Shown one piece after another: positions 29,133 through 39,251 of a stretch of DNA of 64,000 bases (its first letter is position 1; each line of letters starts with the position of its first letter). Below the pieces are notes generated by a model. It did not search any database and was not told the DNA's origin. It was given only the letters and a program-made list of their open reading frames with translations. Origin of the DNA: an uncultured Holophagales bacterium (lineage in GTDB: Bacteria; Acidobacteriota; Thermoanaerobaculia; Multivoradales; UBA5704). Both the position numbers and the translations under genes were made by a program. The stretch spans positions 1 to 64,000 of the forward strand of contig CAWJGT010000014.1 of the NCBI GenBank assembly GCA_963842525.1. Reading direction: 5' to 3'.

Positions 29133-30824
29133 ATGAAGAGATTCGCAGCCGTGCTCTGCCTGCTGGCCCTCCTGCCCACCACCCCCGCCCTTGCCGCCGA
29201 GGAGTACGACGTCATCCTGCGCGGCGGGACGATCTATGACGGCAGCGGCGGCAAGCCGTTCGTGGGCGACATCGCCCTCCGTGCCGACCGAATCGTCAAG
29301 GTCGGCGCGCTGGGGGATGCCAAGGGGAAGACCGAGGTCGACGTCCGCGGCCTCGCCGTGGCTCCCGGCTTCATCAACATGCTGAGCTGGGCTACCGAGT
29401 CGCTGATCGTGGACGGCCGCGGCATGGCCGACATCCTCCAGGGCGTGACCCTGGAGGTCATGGGCGAAGGCGCCTCCATGGGTCCCCTGAACGAGGCCAT
29501 GAAGAAGGAAGGCGTCGAGCAGCAGGGGGACATCAAGTTCGACATCACCTGGACCACCCTGGGCGGGTACCTCGACCACCTGGTGCAGCGCGGCATCTCG
29601 CCCAATGTGGCCTCCTTTCTCGGCGCCAGCACCGTGCGGGTCCACGAGCTCGGCTATGCGGACCGGCCACCCACGCCCGAGGAGCTGCAGCGGATGCGGG
29701 CACTGGTCCGCCAAGCCATGGAAGAGGGCGCGCTCGGCATCGGCTCCTCCCTCATCTACGCTCCGGCCTTCTACGCCAAGACCGACGAGCTGGTGGCCCT
29801 CTGCGAAGAGGCGGCCCCCTACGGCGGCATGTACATCTCGCACATGCGCAGCGAAGGCAACCGGCTTCTCGAAGCCGTAGACGAGCTGATCGAGATCTCC
29901 CGCCGCGCCAAGATCCCGGCCGAGATCTACCACCTGAAGGCCGCCGGCCGGCAGAACTGGGGCAAGCTCGACGACGTCCTCAAGAAGATCGACGCCGCCC
30001 GTGCCTCGGGCCTGCGCATCACGACCGACATGTACAACTACACCGCGGGAGCCACCGGCCTCGACGCCGCCATGCCGCCGTGGGTGCAGGAAGGCGGCCT
30101 CCAGGAGTGGAAGAAGCGCCTCCAGGATCCGGCGATCCGCGAGCGCGTCAAGAAGGAGATGTCCACCCCCACGGACCAGTGGGAGAACCTCTACCTCGCG
30201 GCCGGTGCCGAGAACGTCCTCGTGGTGGCCTTCAAGAACGACAAGCTCAAGCCGCTGACCGGCAAGAGCCTTGCCGAGGTCGCCAGGATGCGCGGCAAGT
30301 CGCCCGAGGAGACCGCCATGGACCTGGTGATCGAGGACGACAGCCGGGTCGGCACCATCTACTTCCTGATGTCGGAGGACAACGTCCGCCGGCAGGTCGC
30401 TCTCCCCTATATGAGCTTCGGCTCGGACGCCGAGGCCCCGGCCACCGAGGGCGTCTTCCTGAAGTCCAACCCCCACCCCCGCTCCTACGGCAACTTCGCC
30501 CGCCTGCTCGGCAAGTACGTGCGGGACGAGAAGGTGGTCCCCCTCGAAGAGGCCATCCGCAAGCTCACCTCGCAGCCCGCCGAGAACCTCAAGATCCGTG
30601 AGCGTGGACGTCTGAAGGAAGGGTACTTTGCCGACATCGCCATCTTCGATCCGGCCAAGATCCAGGACCACGCCACCTTCGAAAAGCCGCACCAGTACTC
30701 CACCGGGATGCGGCACGTCTTCGTCAACGGCGTCCAGGTCCTGAAGGACGGCCAGCACACCGGCGCCAAGCCAGGGCGGGTGGTGCGGGGGCCGGGGTGG
30801 AAGGGGTGGAAGGAGGGGCAGTAG
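29133..30824 (+). CDS. N-acyl-D-amino-acid deacylase (D-aminoacylase)
   Basis: Signal peptide; APGFINMLSW, SHMRSEG, FGSD, HPRSYGNF, GRLKEGYFADIAIFD. Confidence 0.92.
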   Translation: MKRFAAVLCLLALLPTTPALAAEEYDVILRGGTIYDGSGGKPFVGDIALRADRIVKVGALGDAKGKTEVDVRGLAVAPGFINMLSWATESLIVDGRGMADILQGVTLEVMGEGASMGPLNEAMKKEGVEQQGDIKFDITWTTLGGYLDHLVQRGISPNVASFLGASTVRVHELGYADRPPTPEELQRMRALVRQAMEEGALGIGSSLIYAPAFYAKTDELVALCEEAAPYGGMYISHMRSEGNRLLEAVDELIEISRRAKIPAEIYHLKAAGRQNWGKLDDVLKKIDAARASGLRITTDMYNYTAGATGLDAAMPPWVQEGGLQEWKKRLQDPAIRERVKKEMSTPTDQWENLYLAAGAENVLVVAFKNDKLKPLTGKSLAEVARMRGKSPEETAMDLVIEDDSRVGTIYFLMSEDNVRRQVALPYMSFGSDAEAPATEGVFLKSNPHPRSYGNFARLLGKYVRDEKVVPLEEAIRKLTSQPAENLKIRERGRLKEGYFADIAIFDPAKIQDHATFEKPHQYSTGMRHVFVNGVQVLKDGQHTGAKPGRVVRGPGWKGWKEGQ

Positions 30825-30917
30825 GTCCCGCCGCGTCCCCGTCTCGCGAGTCGCGCCCGCTCCCGCCAGGTCGGGCCGCACGGACCTGGAATCACACCTC
30901 CGCGGACCGCGGTCCCT

Positions 30918-31150
30918 GTTGCTGGCTTCGTGATCGGAGTGACGCGGACCGCGAGGCCTGTTGCCGACTCGCGGTCCCTGTGACGGGCAGCGTGGAGCCT
31001 GTCAGGCGCACCATGGAGCCTGTCACGCGGATCGCGGAGCCAGTCACGCGGACCGTGAAGCCGGTCACAGGCACCGCGAGTCGGCAACGCGCTTCGCGGT
31101 GCGCGTCATGGGGACCGCGAAGCGTGAGACGCGCACCGCGCTCCGTGTGA
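30918..31150. repeat. Degenerate 21-bp tandem array (consensus ~GTCACGCGGACCGCGGAGCCT)
   Basis: Units start at 30918, 30939, 30960, 30980, 31001, 31022, 31043, 31064...; 25-bp inverted pair 30960-30984 / 31064-31088. Confidence 0.8.
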
Positions 31151-31180
31151 CCCGCCTCCCGGGGCGGCCTCGACCCGTTT

Positions 31181-32374
31181 TCAGGCCTCCCTGGCCCAGC
31201 GCCAGACCTCGCGCCAGGTGGGCTCTTTGCCGTACATCAGCATGGCGAGGCCGAAGACCTTGCCGGCGGCGCGGCGGAAGAGGGCCACGGCGGCGAGCAG
31301 GAGGAGGACTGCGACCGGGACTTCCCACCAGGCCACGTCGGTCAGCACCAGGCGCGCCGGCAGGACGGCCGAGGAGGTGCCCGGCAGGAGGCTCAGGACC
31401 TGGAGGAAGCGGGTGTCCGGGTCCTTGAGGGCGAGGAAGGCGCAGAGGACCGGGATCAGGGGCAGGAAGAGCATCGCGGTCCGGGACGAGGTGTTGGGAT
31501 CATTGATGGTCGCCGAGACGGCGGCGAAGAAGGCGTTCCAGAAGAGCAGCCCCAGCAGCGCCAGGACCACGAAGGCGACGACCAGCCCCGGGTCCGCCGC
31601 GGCGGCCGGCAGCTTCGGCAGGCCGAGCCCCAGCGCCTGGCCGGCGACCAGGAGGAGAACCGTCGAGAGACAGTAGTTCGCCAGGGTGGCAAGGGTCATG
31701 GCGGTGATGCCGAGGAGCTTGCCGTCCATCCAGGTCTGCGGCGAGATGGCAGCCACCACCTGCTCGGTGACGCGGAGCTGCTTCTCGCCGGTGACGCCGA
31801 CCAGGAAGAAGGAGAGCCCCAGAAAGACACCGAGCATCATCAGCCCGACCAGCACCGCGGCAAGGATCTTGTCTCCCAGGCTGGTCGGCGGCCTCCCCTT
31901 CTCGTGCACGCTCACCCGCACGGAGAAGGGCGCCAACGCACCGGCCAGGTCGCCGGGAGCGAGGTTGAGCGCGGCGAGTCGGGCCCGCTGCCGCGCCGCG
32001 GACAAGACGGGCTCGAGCTCATTCAGCCAGCGCGGCTCCTTGGCGACGACCAGCTCCGCTTCGTCCACGCTGCGCAGGATCAACAGGCCGCCGAGCTTGC
32101 CGGCGCCCACGAGGTCGCGCAGGGCCGTCTCGCTGCGGCCTCCGGCAGGCACGATCCGGACGCGGCTGTCCGGCGGCAGCTCGAAGGGCAGCAGCTCCGG
32201 GTGGAGGACTGCCACCTCCGGGGTGCCGCCGCGACGGGCGGCCAGCTCCCGCACTCCCCACCACCCGCCGCCCACGACCAAGAGCAGCAGGAGGGAGACG
32301 ACCTGGTCTTTCCACTTGAAGAAGCGGAAGAATTCCCAGCGGGCGACTTCCAACGTCATGCGGAGGCGGCTCAT
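31181..32374 (-). CDS. ABC-2 type permease (NatB-like)
   Basis: VARWEF, VTGEKQLRVTE, MDGKLLG, AMLMYGKEP. Confidence 0.88.
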   Translation of the reverse strand: MSRLRMTLEVARWEFFRFFKWKDQVVSLLLLLVVGGGWWGVRELAARRGGTPEVAVLHPELLPFELPPDSRVRIVPAGGRSETALRDLVGAGKLGGLLILRSVDEAELVVAKEPRWLNELEPVLSAARQRARLAALNLAPGDLAGALAPFSVRVSVHEKGRPPTSLGDKILAAVLVGLMMLGVFLGLSFFLVGVTGEKQLRVTEQVVAAISPQTWMDGKLLGITAMTLATLANYCLSTVLLLVAGQALGLGLPKLPAAAADPGLVVAFVVLALLGLLFWNAFFAAVSATINDPNTSSRTAMLFLPLIPVLCAFLALKDPDTRFLQVLSLLPGTSSAVLPARLVLTDVAWWEVPVAVLLLLAAVALFRRAAGKVFGLAMLMYGKEPTWREVWRWAREA

Positions 32375-33273
32375 GCGGGCTCCTCGGTCTCCTGCGCGGC
32401 GGGCTCGGCCGGCGCAGAGCCGCCGAGCGCGCGGACGTAGACGTCGTGCAGGCTCTGCCGCTCGGTCCGGATCTCGACGATCTCGTGCTCCCGCTCGATG
32501 GCGGCGATGAGGTCGGCCAGCCGGTCGCCGTCGCGCGGCTCAATGGCAATGGCGTCCGCCTCGCCCCGGACGGTGACCCAGATCCTGCGGCTGGATGGCG
32601 CCGCACCGAGGATCTCCCGGATGGTCCCCGAGAGCACCTCGCGGCCCTGGCCCATGAGCAGGACGCGGTCGGCCACCCGCTCGATCAGCTCCATCTGGTG
32701 GGCGGACAGCAGCACGGTCATCCCCCCGGCGCGCAGCTCGCGCAGGAGCCCGAGGAGGACCTCCTGGTTCAGGGGATCGAGGCCGGAGAACGGCTCGTCC
32801 AGGAGGGCGAAGCGGGGACGGTGGAGGATCGCGGAAGCGAGCTGGACCTTCTGCTGGTTGCCCTTGGAGAGGGTCTCCAGCCGGTCGCCGGCGCGCTCGG
32901 CGAGCCCGAGCCGGTCGAGCCAGACACGCGCCTCCCGCTCGGCGCTCCGCCGGTCCATGCCGCGCAGGACACCGAAGTAGGCCAGGGTGCGGAGGACCGG
33001 GATGTCCTTGTAGAGACCCCGGTCCTCGGGCAGATAGCCGAGGTCGGGCGGACTCGGAGCCCGCCCCGGACCGCCGATCCCGTAGATGATCTCTCCGGCG
33101 TCCGGCCGGAGGATGCCCACCAGCATGCGGACCAGAGTCGACTTGCCGGCGCCGTTCGGACCGAGGAGGGCGAAGATCTCTCCAGGGCGGACCGCGAAGG
33201 AGATTCCGTCGACTGCCTTGACCTGCTCGAAGCTCTTCTCGACCTTTTCGACCCGCACGACCGGCTGGCTCAT
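32371..33273 (-). CDS. ABC ATP-binding protein (NatA-like)
   Basis: GPNGAGKST, GYLPEDRGLY, LSKGNQQK, LLDEPFSGLD. Confidence 0.92.
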   Translation of the reverse strand: MSQPVVRVEKVEKSFEQVKAVDGISFAVRPGEIFALLGPNGAGKSTLVRMLVGILRPDAGEIIYGIGGPGRAPSPPDLGYLPEDRGLYKDIPVLRTLAYFGVLRGMDRRSAEREARVWLDRLGLAERAGDRLETLSKGNQQKVQLASAILHRPRFALLDEPFSGLDPLNQEVLLGLLRELRAGGMTVLLSAHQMELIERVADRVLLMGQGREVLSGTIREILGAAPSSRRIWVTVRGEADAIAIEPRDGDRLADLIAAIEREHEIVEIRTERQSLHDVYVRALGGSAPAEPAAQETEEPA

Positions 33274-33424
33274 GATCCTCCCGTCGAGGAAGCTTCCCGG
33301 AAAGCTAGCACGAAGCCGAGCGCGTCCGGCGCTCGCTTCCCGCATGCTAGACTCGTTGCCGAAAGCCATGCCCCGGCGCCGCCCGCATTCCGGGCTGGCC
33401 TTTTCCGGGCGAGGTGAGTATCGT

Positions 33425-34261
33425 ATGGCTGCAATTCCCCTATCCCTCGATGTCGAATATCCGGAATCCGACGGGAGGCCCTTGGGAGAGTCTGACCTTC
33501 ACCGCGACGAGATCGTCGATCTCATCGCAGCCCTGCAGGACCGGTATCAGGAAGCCGCCGAGGTCTACGTGGCCGGCAACCTGTTCCTCTACTATCAGAA
33601 GGGCGATCCGAGGGCGGTCGTCTGTCCGGATGTGTTCCTCGTCCGGGGCGTGGAGAAGAGGAAGCGGCGGACCTACAAGCTCTGGGAAGAGGGTCGGGTG
33701 CCGTCGCTGGTCGTCGAGGTCACCTCCCTGAGCACGAGCGACGAGGACCTCCAGGACAAGAAAAGAACCTACGAGCGGCTCGGGGTCGAGGAGTACTTTC
33801 TGTTCGATCCCGAAGGGGAGTACCTGACTCCCTGCTTCCAGGGCTTCCGGCTCGTGAAGGGCCGGTACCGCCCCCTGTCTCCTGGGGTTGACGGCTCGCT
33901 GCCGAGCCGCGTCACGGGCCTGGCACTGCGGCCCGAGGGGGACAAGCTGCGCCTCGTGGATCCTGTGACAGGCGAGCAGTTATCCTGGGTGGCAGAGCTC
34001 GCGCCGGCCCGAAGAGCCGCCGAGGCCCGGGCGGCCCAGGAGGAAGCGATGCGCCGGGACGCCGAGGTCCGGGCCACCGAGGAGGCGGCAAGACGCCGGG
34101 ATGCCGAAGCCCGGGCCGCCGAGGAAGAGGCAAGGCGCCACGATGCCGAGGCTCGGGCCTCTGGGGAAGAAGCCCGGCGCCGGGACGCCGAAGCCCGGGC
34201 GGCGCAGGCCGAAGAGGAGCTCGCCCGCCTGCGGCGCGAGCTCGAGCTCCGCAGCACCTGA
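33425..34261 (+). CDS. Uma2-family (PD-(D/E)xK) endonuclease with a 14-aa repeat coiled-coil tail
   Basis: YPESDGRPLGESDLH, CPDVFLV, VVEVTS, GVEEYFLFDP; EEARRRDAEARAA-like repeats. Confidence 0.9.
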   Translation: MAAIPLSLDVEYPESDGRPLGESDLHRDEIVDLIAALQDRYQEAAEVYVAGNLFLYYQKGDPRAVVCPDVFLVRGVEKRKRRTYKLWEEGRVPSLVVEVTSLSTSDEDLQDKKRTYERLGVEEYFLFDPEGEYLTPCFQGFRLVKGRYRPLSPGVDGSLPSRVTGLALRPEGDKLRLVDPVTGEQLSWVAELAPARRAAEARAAQEEAMRRDAEVRATEEAARRRDAEARAAEEEARRHDAEARASGEEARRRDAEARAAQAEEELARLRRELELRST

Positions 34262-34346
34262 TCCCCACTGCTTCCAACGCGCTGAAGTCGTCCCGCCCCT
34301 CCGGCCGGGTACAATGCCTCCTCCATTCGGAGCGGGATCGAAAGCT

Positions 34347-34948
34347 ATGAGAGTCATGAAGCTCGGCGGGACGTCGGTAGGCAGCGCGGAGCGCATGCGG
34401 GGCGCGATGCGCCTGGTGGGCGCGGCGGTCACGGAGAGCCGGGTCCTAGTCGTGGCTTCGGCGGTGGCGGGGGTCACCAACCTGCTGATCGAGGGAGCGC
34501 GGACCGCCGCCGAGGGAGGCGACGCCGGAGCGGGCGAGAGGTTCCGGGCGGTCCATCGTGGGATCCTGGACGAGCTCGCCGCGGCCGGCACGCTCGTCCC
34601 CGAGGTCCGGGACCAGGTCCTCCGGGCGCTCGACGAGCTTTCGGCCGAGCGGCGCGGCACCGGCGCCGCTTCCGCTACGAGACCAACGTCGGGGCCGGGC
34701 TGCCGGTGATCGACACGGTGCGCTTCGTTGGCACCATCGACGAGGCGGGCTGCCGCGTTGGTCTGCGGGTGGTCGGGCCGGATCATCCCCTGCGCCATAT
34801 CCGGGGCGGCGAGAACGCCTACAGCTTCCTGACCGAGCACTACCGTCCTCGCCCTCTGGTCGTCCAGGGGTACGGAGCGGGACCGGAGGTCACCGCGGCC
34901 GGGCTCCTGGCCGACATCCTCAAGGTGGCCACGAAGGCGGTGCTGTGA
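34347..34948 (+). pseudogene. thrA: Collapsed bifunctional aspartokinase/homoserine dehydrogenase
   Basis: MRVMKLGGTSVGSAERM (AK N-terminus), RFRYETNVGAGLPVIDT (HSDH) and GYGAGPEVTAAGLLADIL (C-terminus), all within ~600 bp. Confidence 0.8.
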
Positions 34949-35035
34949 GGCTGCGTGCTAGACTCGTTGCCGAAAGCCATGCCTCGGTGCCGCATGCATC
35001 CTGGGCTGGCCTTTCCCAGGCGAGGTGAGTATCGT

Positions 35036-35727
35036 ATGGCCGCTATACCACTGTCCCTCGATGTCGAGTATCCGGAATCCGACGGGAGGCCCTTGGGAGA
35101 GTCCGACCTTCACCGCGACGAGATCGTCGATCTCATCGCAGCGCTGCGGCACAGGTACCAGGAAACTGCCGATGTCTATGTCGCCGGCAACCTCTTCCTG
35201 TATTACCAGAAGGGCGATCCGCGAGCGGTCGTCTGTCCGGATGTATTCCTTGTCCGGGGTGTGGAAAAGAGAAAGCGGCGGACCTACAGGCTCTGGGAAG
35301 AGGGCCGGGTACCGTCGCTGGTCGTCGAGGTGACCTCCCTGAGCACGAGCGAAGAAGACCTCTGGGGCAAGAAAAGCACCTACGAGCGGCTCGGAGTCGA
35401 GGAGTACTTCCTGTTCGATCCCGAGGGGGAGTACCTGACCCCCCGCTTCCAGGGCTTCCGGCTGGTGAAGGGCCGGTACGTCCCGCTGTCCCCAGGGGCC
35501 GACGGCTCACTGCCGAGCCGGGTCACGGGCCTGGCCTTGCGGCCCGAGGAGGACAAGCTGCGCCTCGTGGATCCCGGGACGGGCGAGCGGCTGCTCTGGA
35601 TCGACGAGCTCGCCGACGCCCGGGACGCCGCGGAAGCCCGGGCTCGGGACGCTGAGGCCCGGGCGGCCCATGCCGAGGAAGAGCTCGCCCGTCTGCGGCG
35701 CGAGGCTCCGAACGCCGCAGCTCCTGA
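35036..35727 (+). CDS. Uma2-family endonuclease, second copy (true stop probably TGA 35725-35727)
   Basis: Highly similar to 33425-34261, including ~80 bp of upstream sequence. Confidence 0.85.
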
Positions 35728-35737
35728 GGGCCAGGGG

Positions 35738-36662
35738 GTGAGGCTCCGCGCCTTCGCTCCGGCCGGCGTGGGCAACTTCGCCGCGGGGTTCGACGTCCTG
35801 GGGGCGGCGGTCGCTCCGGTGGACGGGAGCCTCTGGGGGGATTGGGTCGAGGTCGAAGAATCGGATGCTCCGCGCCTGGTCTGCACGGGTCCCTTCGCTC
35901 ACCTCCTGCCTCCTGATCCCGCCGACAACCTGGTGAGCCTCACGCGCGACCTGTTCGCCGAACGCGTTCCCCTGCCGCCGCTCTCCCTCACGCTGTACAA
36001 GGGGCTGCCGGTGGGGAGCGGCCTCGCCTCCAGCGCGACGAGCGTGGCGGCCACGGCGGTGGCTCTCAACGCCTGGTGCGGCAGCCCCCTCGGCCCCGCC
36101 GAGCTGCTGGCCCTGGCGGGCAAGGCCGAGAGCCACGCCTCGGGCGCGTTCCACCTCGACAACGTGGCTCCGGCCCTGCTGGGCGGGCTCCTCCTCGTGC
36201 CGCCCTCGGGCCTGCCGCGCTCCCTCCCCTTGCCCCCCGATCTGCGGATCGTGATGGCCAGCCCGGCCCTGGAGCTCGCCACCCGCGAAGCCCGGCGCGT
36301 GCTGCCTCGCGAGGTGCCGCTCGCCCTCGCCGTAGACCACGCGCAGAACCTTGCCGGTCTGGTGCATGCTCTGTCACACAGACGACCGGGCGCTCTTGCG
36401 GGTGACCCTGAGGGATCTGCTCGCCGAGCCCTGGCGCGCTGACCTCGTCCCCGGCTTCCGCGAAGCGCAAAGGGCAGCTCTGGAGGCCGGCGCTCTGGGA
36501 GCCAGCCTCTCCGGCGCCGGCCCGGCAGTCTTCGCCGTGGCCGAAGAGCAGGACGCTCCCGCGGTGGCCGCAGGCCTGGTTGGCGGTTTCCAGAGCCGGG
36601 GAGTCGCCGCCGAGGCACGGATCTGCGTCCTCGATCTTCAGGGAGCCCGGATCCTCTCGTGA
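35738..36662 (+). CDS. thrB: Homoserine kinase (frameshift ~36373)
   Basis: FAPAGVGNFAAGFDVLG, KGLPVGSGLASSA, HLDNVAP, LSGAGP. Confidence 0.9.
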
Positions 36663-37936
36663 TCCTCCAAAGCACCCGCGATCCGCAGGCCACCGCCACC
36701 TTTGGCGAGGCCATGACCCGCAACCTCGCTCCCGACGGCGGGCTCTACGTACCGATCTCCCTCCCCTCCTTTGCGGACGTGGACGACCTGCTCGGGCTTT
36801 CCTGGGAAGAACGGTCGGTCGAGATCCTGGTCCGTCTGCTGGGAGACGAATACGCGGAGGAAGACCTCGTCGGGATCGCCCGGGACGCCTTCGACTTCCC
36901 CGTCCCCCTCGTACCGGTCGAAGACGGCGTCTTCGCCCTGGAGCTGTTCCACGGTCCGTCGCTGGCCTTCAAGGACTTCGGCGCCCGCTTCCTCGCCCGC
37001 ATGCTGCGGCTCGAACAGGAGCGTCCGCTCACGATCCTGACCGCAACGAGCGGCGACACCGGAGCGGCCGTGGCCCTCGCCTTCTGGCACCTGCCCGGCA
37101 TCCGCGTTGTCGTGCTCTATCCGAAAGGCCGCGTCTCTCCTCTCCAGGAGCGGCAATTCGCAAGCCTCGGAGACAACGTCCTCGCTCTCGCGGTCGATGG
37201 CGCCTTCGACGACTGCCAGGCTCTGGCCAAGGCATGCTTTGCGGACCCGGAGCTCTCGCGCGACCTCGGGCTCACCTCGGCGAACTCGATCAACGTCGCC
37301 CGGCTCCTCGCCCAGACCCTCTACTATTTCGAAGGGGTGGCGGCCCTGCGCCGTCAGGGGATCGACGCGCCGCCCGTGATCGCGGTGCCGAGCGGCAACT
37401 TCGGAAACCTCTGCGCCGGCCTCTGGGCTTGGCGGATGGGCCTCCCGGTCCGCGCCTTCGTGGCCGCCACCAACGCCAACACCACCGTCCCCGATTATCT
37501 GGAGACCGGCGCCTATCGGCCCCGCCCAAGCGTCGCCACCCTCTCGAACGCCATGGACGTGGGCGCCCCGAGCAACTGGGAGCGCATCGCTCATCTTTTC
37601 CAAGGAGATTGGCGGTCGCTTCGCGAGGCTCTGCGCTGGGGCAGCCTGGACGACGACGGCACCCGCGCCGCCATCCGCCACCTCGACGCCCAGGGCTATC
37701 TCGCCGATCCCCACAGCGCCGTGGCCTGCACGATCCTTAAAAGCAAGCTTCACCCTGATGAGACCGGCCTCTTCCTGGCATCCGCCCATCCTGCCAAGTT
37801 CAAGGAATCGCTGGAGCCCGTGCTCGGCCGGGAAATTCCGCTGCCGCCCGCCCTGGCCGACCTGATCGACCGGCCGTTGCTGGCGGAGCTGATGCCGAAC
37901 GATCCGGAGGCCCTGAAACGGCGCCTGCGTAGATAA
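36659..37936 (+). CDS. thrC: Threonine synthase
   Basis: LAPDGGLYVP, ELFHGPSLAFKDFG, ATSGDTG, SANSIN, VPSGNFGN, AHPAKF. Confidence 0.96.
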   Translation: MILQSTRDPQATATFGEAMTRNLAPDGGLYVPISLPSFADVDDLLGLSWEERSVEILVRLLGDEYAEEDLVGIARDAFDFPVPLVPVEDGVFALELFHGPSLAFKDFGARFLARMLRLEQERPLTILTATSGDTGAAVALAFWHLPGIRVVVLYPKGRVSPLQERQFASLGDNVLALAVDGAFDDCQALAKACFADPELSRDLGLTSANSINVARLLAQTLYYFEGVAALRRQGIDAPPVIAVPSGNFGNLCAGLWAWRMGLPVRAFVAATNANTTVPDYLETGAYRPRPSVATLSNAMDVGAPSNWERIAHLFQGDWRSLREALRWGSLDDDGTRAAIRHLDAQGYLADPHSAVACTILKSKLHPDETGLFLASAHPAKFKESLEPVLGREIPLPPALADLIDRPLLAELMPNDPEALKRRLRR

Positions 37937-37971
37937 AGAGGGTGTCTGGAAATTCCTGCGCGAGCCCTGGT

Positions 37972-38112
37972 CCCTCACCCCCGGCCCCTCTCCCATCCGC
38001 ACTCACACCCGCCCGGGAGAGGGGAGCCCCCACCCAGGAGCTTCCTGATCATGCTTTTCTCCCCTCTCCCGGGGGAAGGGAGTGCGGCTGGGAGAGGGGC
38101 CGGGGGTGAGGG
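37972..38112. repeat. Family A palindromic element between convergent genes
   Basis: CCCTCACCCCCGGCCCCTCTCCCA / TGGGAGAGGGGCCGGGGGTGAGGG. Confidence 0.9.
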
Positions 38113-38114
38113 GA

Positions 38115-39017
38115 TCACACCGCCTTGAGGCGACGGTTCTCCCTCACCAGCAGGGTGAGCCAGATCCCGGCTGCCACGACGAGGACCCCCACGCCGAGGG
38201 AGAGCAGCAGGAACCAGCGCTTCCAGCGGGCCTCATGAGCCTTCACTCCTTTCTCGAGCTCGTCGAGCCAGGCCCTGCGCTCCGCCGCCGCCACGGCCTG
38301 GAGCTGCTGCAGGAAGGCCTGGCGGTCCTGCCGCAGCACCGCGCCGAGCTCGCCCTGGAGGGCGTCGGCGGCGCCGAGGAGCGCGCCCTCGGTGCCCGCC
38401 CGCAGGGTGTTGGCAAAGACTGCCGATTTGCCGTCGAGCGCCTGGACCGCCGGGCCAAGCTGGGTCTCCACAGTCCGTTGCACCCCACGATCAATCCCGG
38501 TGGCCACGCCGGCCGCGATGGCCCGCGAAATGTCCTCCTGGGTCGACCTGAGCACCGCCTGTGCGATGCCGGTCGTGAAGTCCTCGGCTTTGCGGCGGTT
38601 CTCTGCGGTGAGCACCTTCTCGAAGACGGCCTCGACGCTTCCAGCAAGCTCTTCCCGCACCTTGGGCAGGACGTCGCGCTCGAGGGTCCGGGCGAGGGCC
38701 GGCCCGGCCGCCTCCACCAGCTCGGCCGTCAGCTCCCGCGCCCGTGCCCGCCGCTCGTCCCGCGACAGGTCTTCCCAGGCCGCGTCGAGCACGGCCTTTG
38801 TCACGACCTTGGTCGAAGCCTCGATCTCGGGCGAGGTGAGCAGAGCTTGCAGTGCCTCGCGGTTTTCCGGCTTCTTCAGGGCCCCCAGGCTGCCCGTCAA
38901 CACCGAGCCCGCCTTGCCCTCGAGGTCGAGATAGCGGGAGCAGCCGCCGACGAGGAGACCGCACGCGAGGGCCGCGACGACGATTGCTGTGCTGCCTGAC
39001 CGGACTCGCTGCCACAT
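38115..39017 (-). CDS. Hypothetical helical lipoprotein with C-terminal TM
   Basis: Lipobox-like LVGGC, Ala/Leu helical body, C-terminal hydrophobic segment. Confidence 0.7.
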   Translation of the reverse strand: MWQRVRSGSTAIVVAALACGLLVGGCSRYLDLEGKAGSVLTGSLGALKKPENREALQALLTSPEIEASTKVVTKAVLDAAWEDLSRDERRARARELTAELVEAAGPALARTLERDVLPKVREELAGSVEAVFEKVLTAENRRKAEDFTTGIAQAVLRSTQEDISRAIAAGVATGIDRGVQRTVETQLGPAVQALDGKSAVFANTLRAGTEGALLGAADALQGELGAVLRQDRQAFLQQLQAVAAAERRAWLDELEKGVKAHEARWKRWFLLLSLGVGVLVVAAGIWLTLLVRENRRLKAV

Positions 39018-39072
39018 AGAAAGCCTCCTGGGTTCAGAAGTATCCGGAAGTAAGGGCCGGCGGGCGGACGGT

Positions 39073-39101
39073 TTCGTTACATCCGCGATCCCTGTAACGA
39101 A
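39073..39101. promoter_or_regulatory. Candidate operator TTCGTTACA-N11-TGTAACGAA
   Basis: Perfect 9-bp inverted repeat in the divergent intergenic region. Confidence 0.5.
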
Positions 39102-39156
39102 GCCTGCCCCGGCCACGCCCAACGGTTACGAAGGACCTACGTCTTGTTAGAAGCTC

Positions 39157-39185
39157 TTGAAACTTTAGCACGGCGCGCCTAGAAT
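39157..39185 (+). promoter_or_regulatory. Sigma70-type promoter of the cytochrome operon
   Basis: TTGAAA-N17-TAGAAT. Confidence 0.6.
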
Positions 39186-39251
39186 CGACACAAGCACGCG
39201 CCATTCTGAAAACGCCGAAAACGCCCCCGCCGGGCGAGAAGGGATCTCCGA

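Noticed and set aside
34955-36442. Apparent Uma2-homoserine kinase fusion protein (495 aa)
   Set aside because: Removing two single-base insertions at ~35705-35709 restores the paralog-like ending RELERRSS* at 35727, so the fusion is probably an indel artefact.
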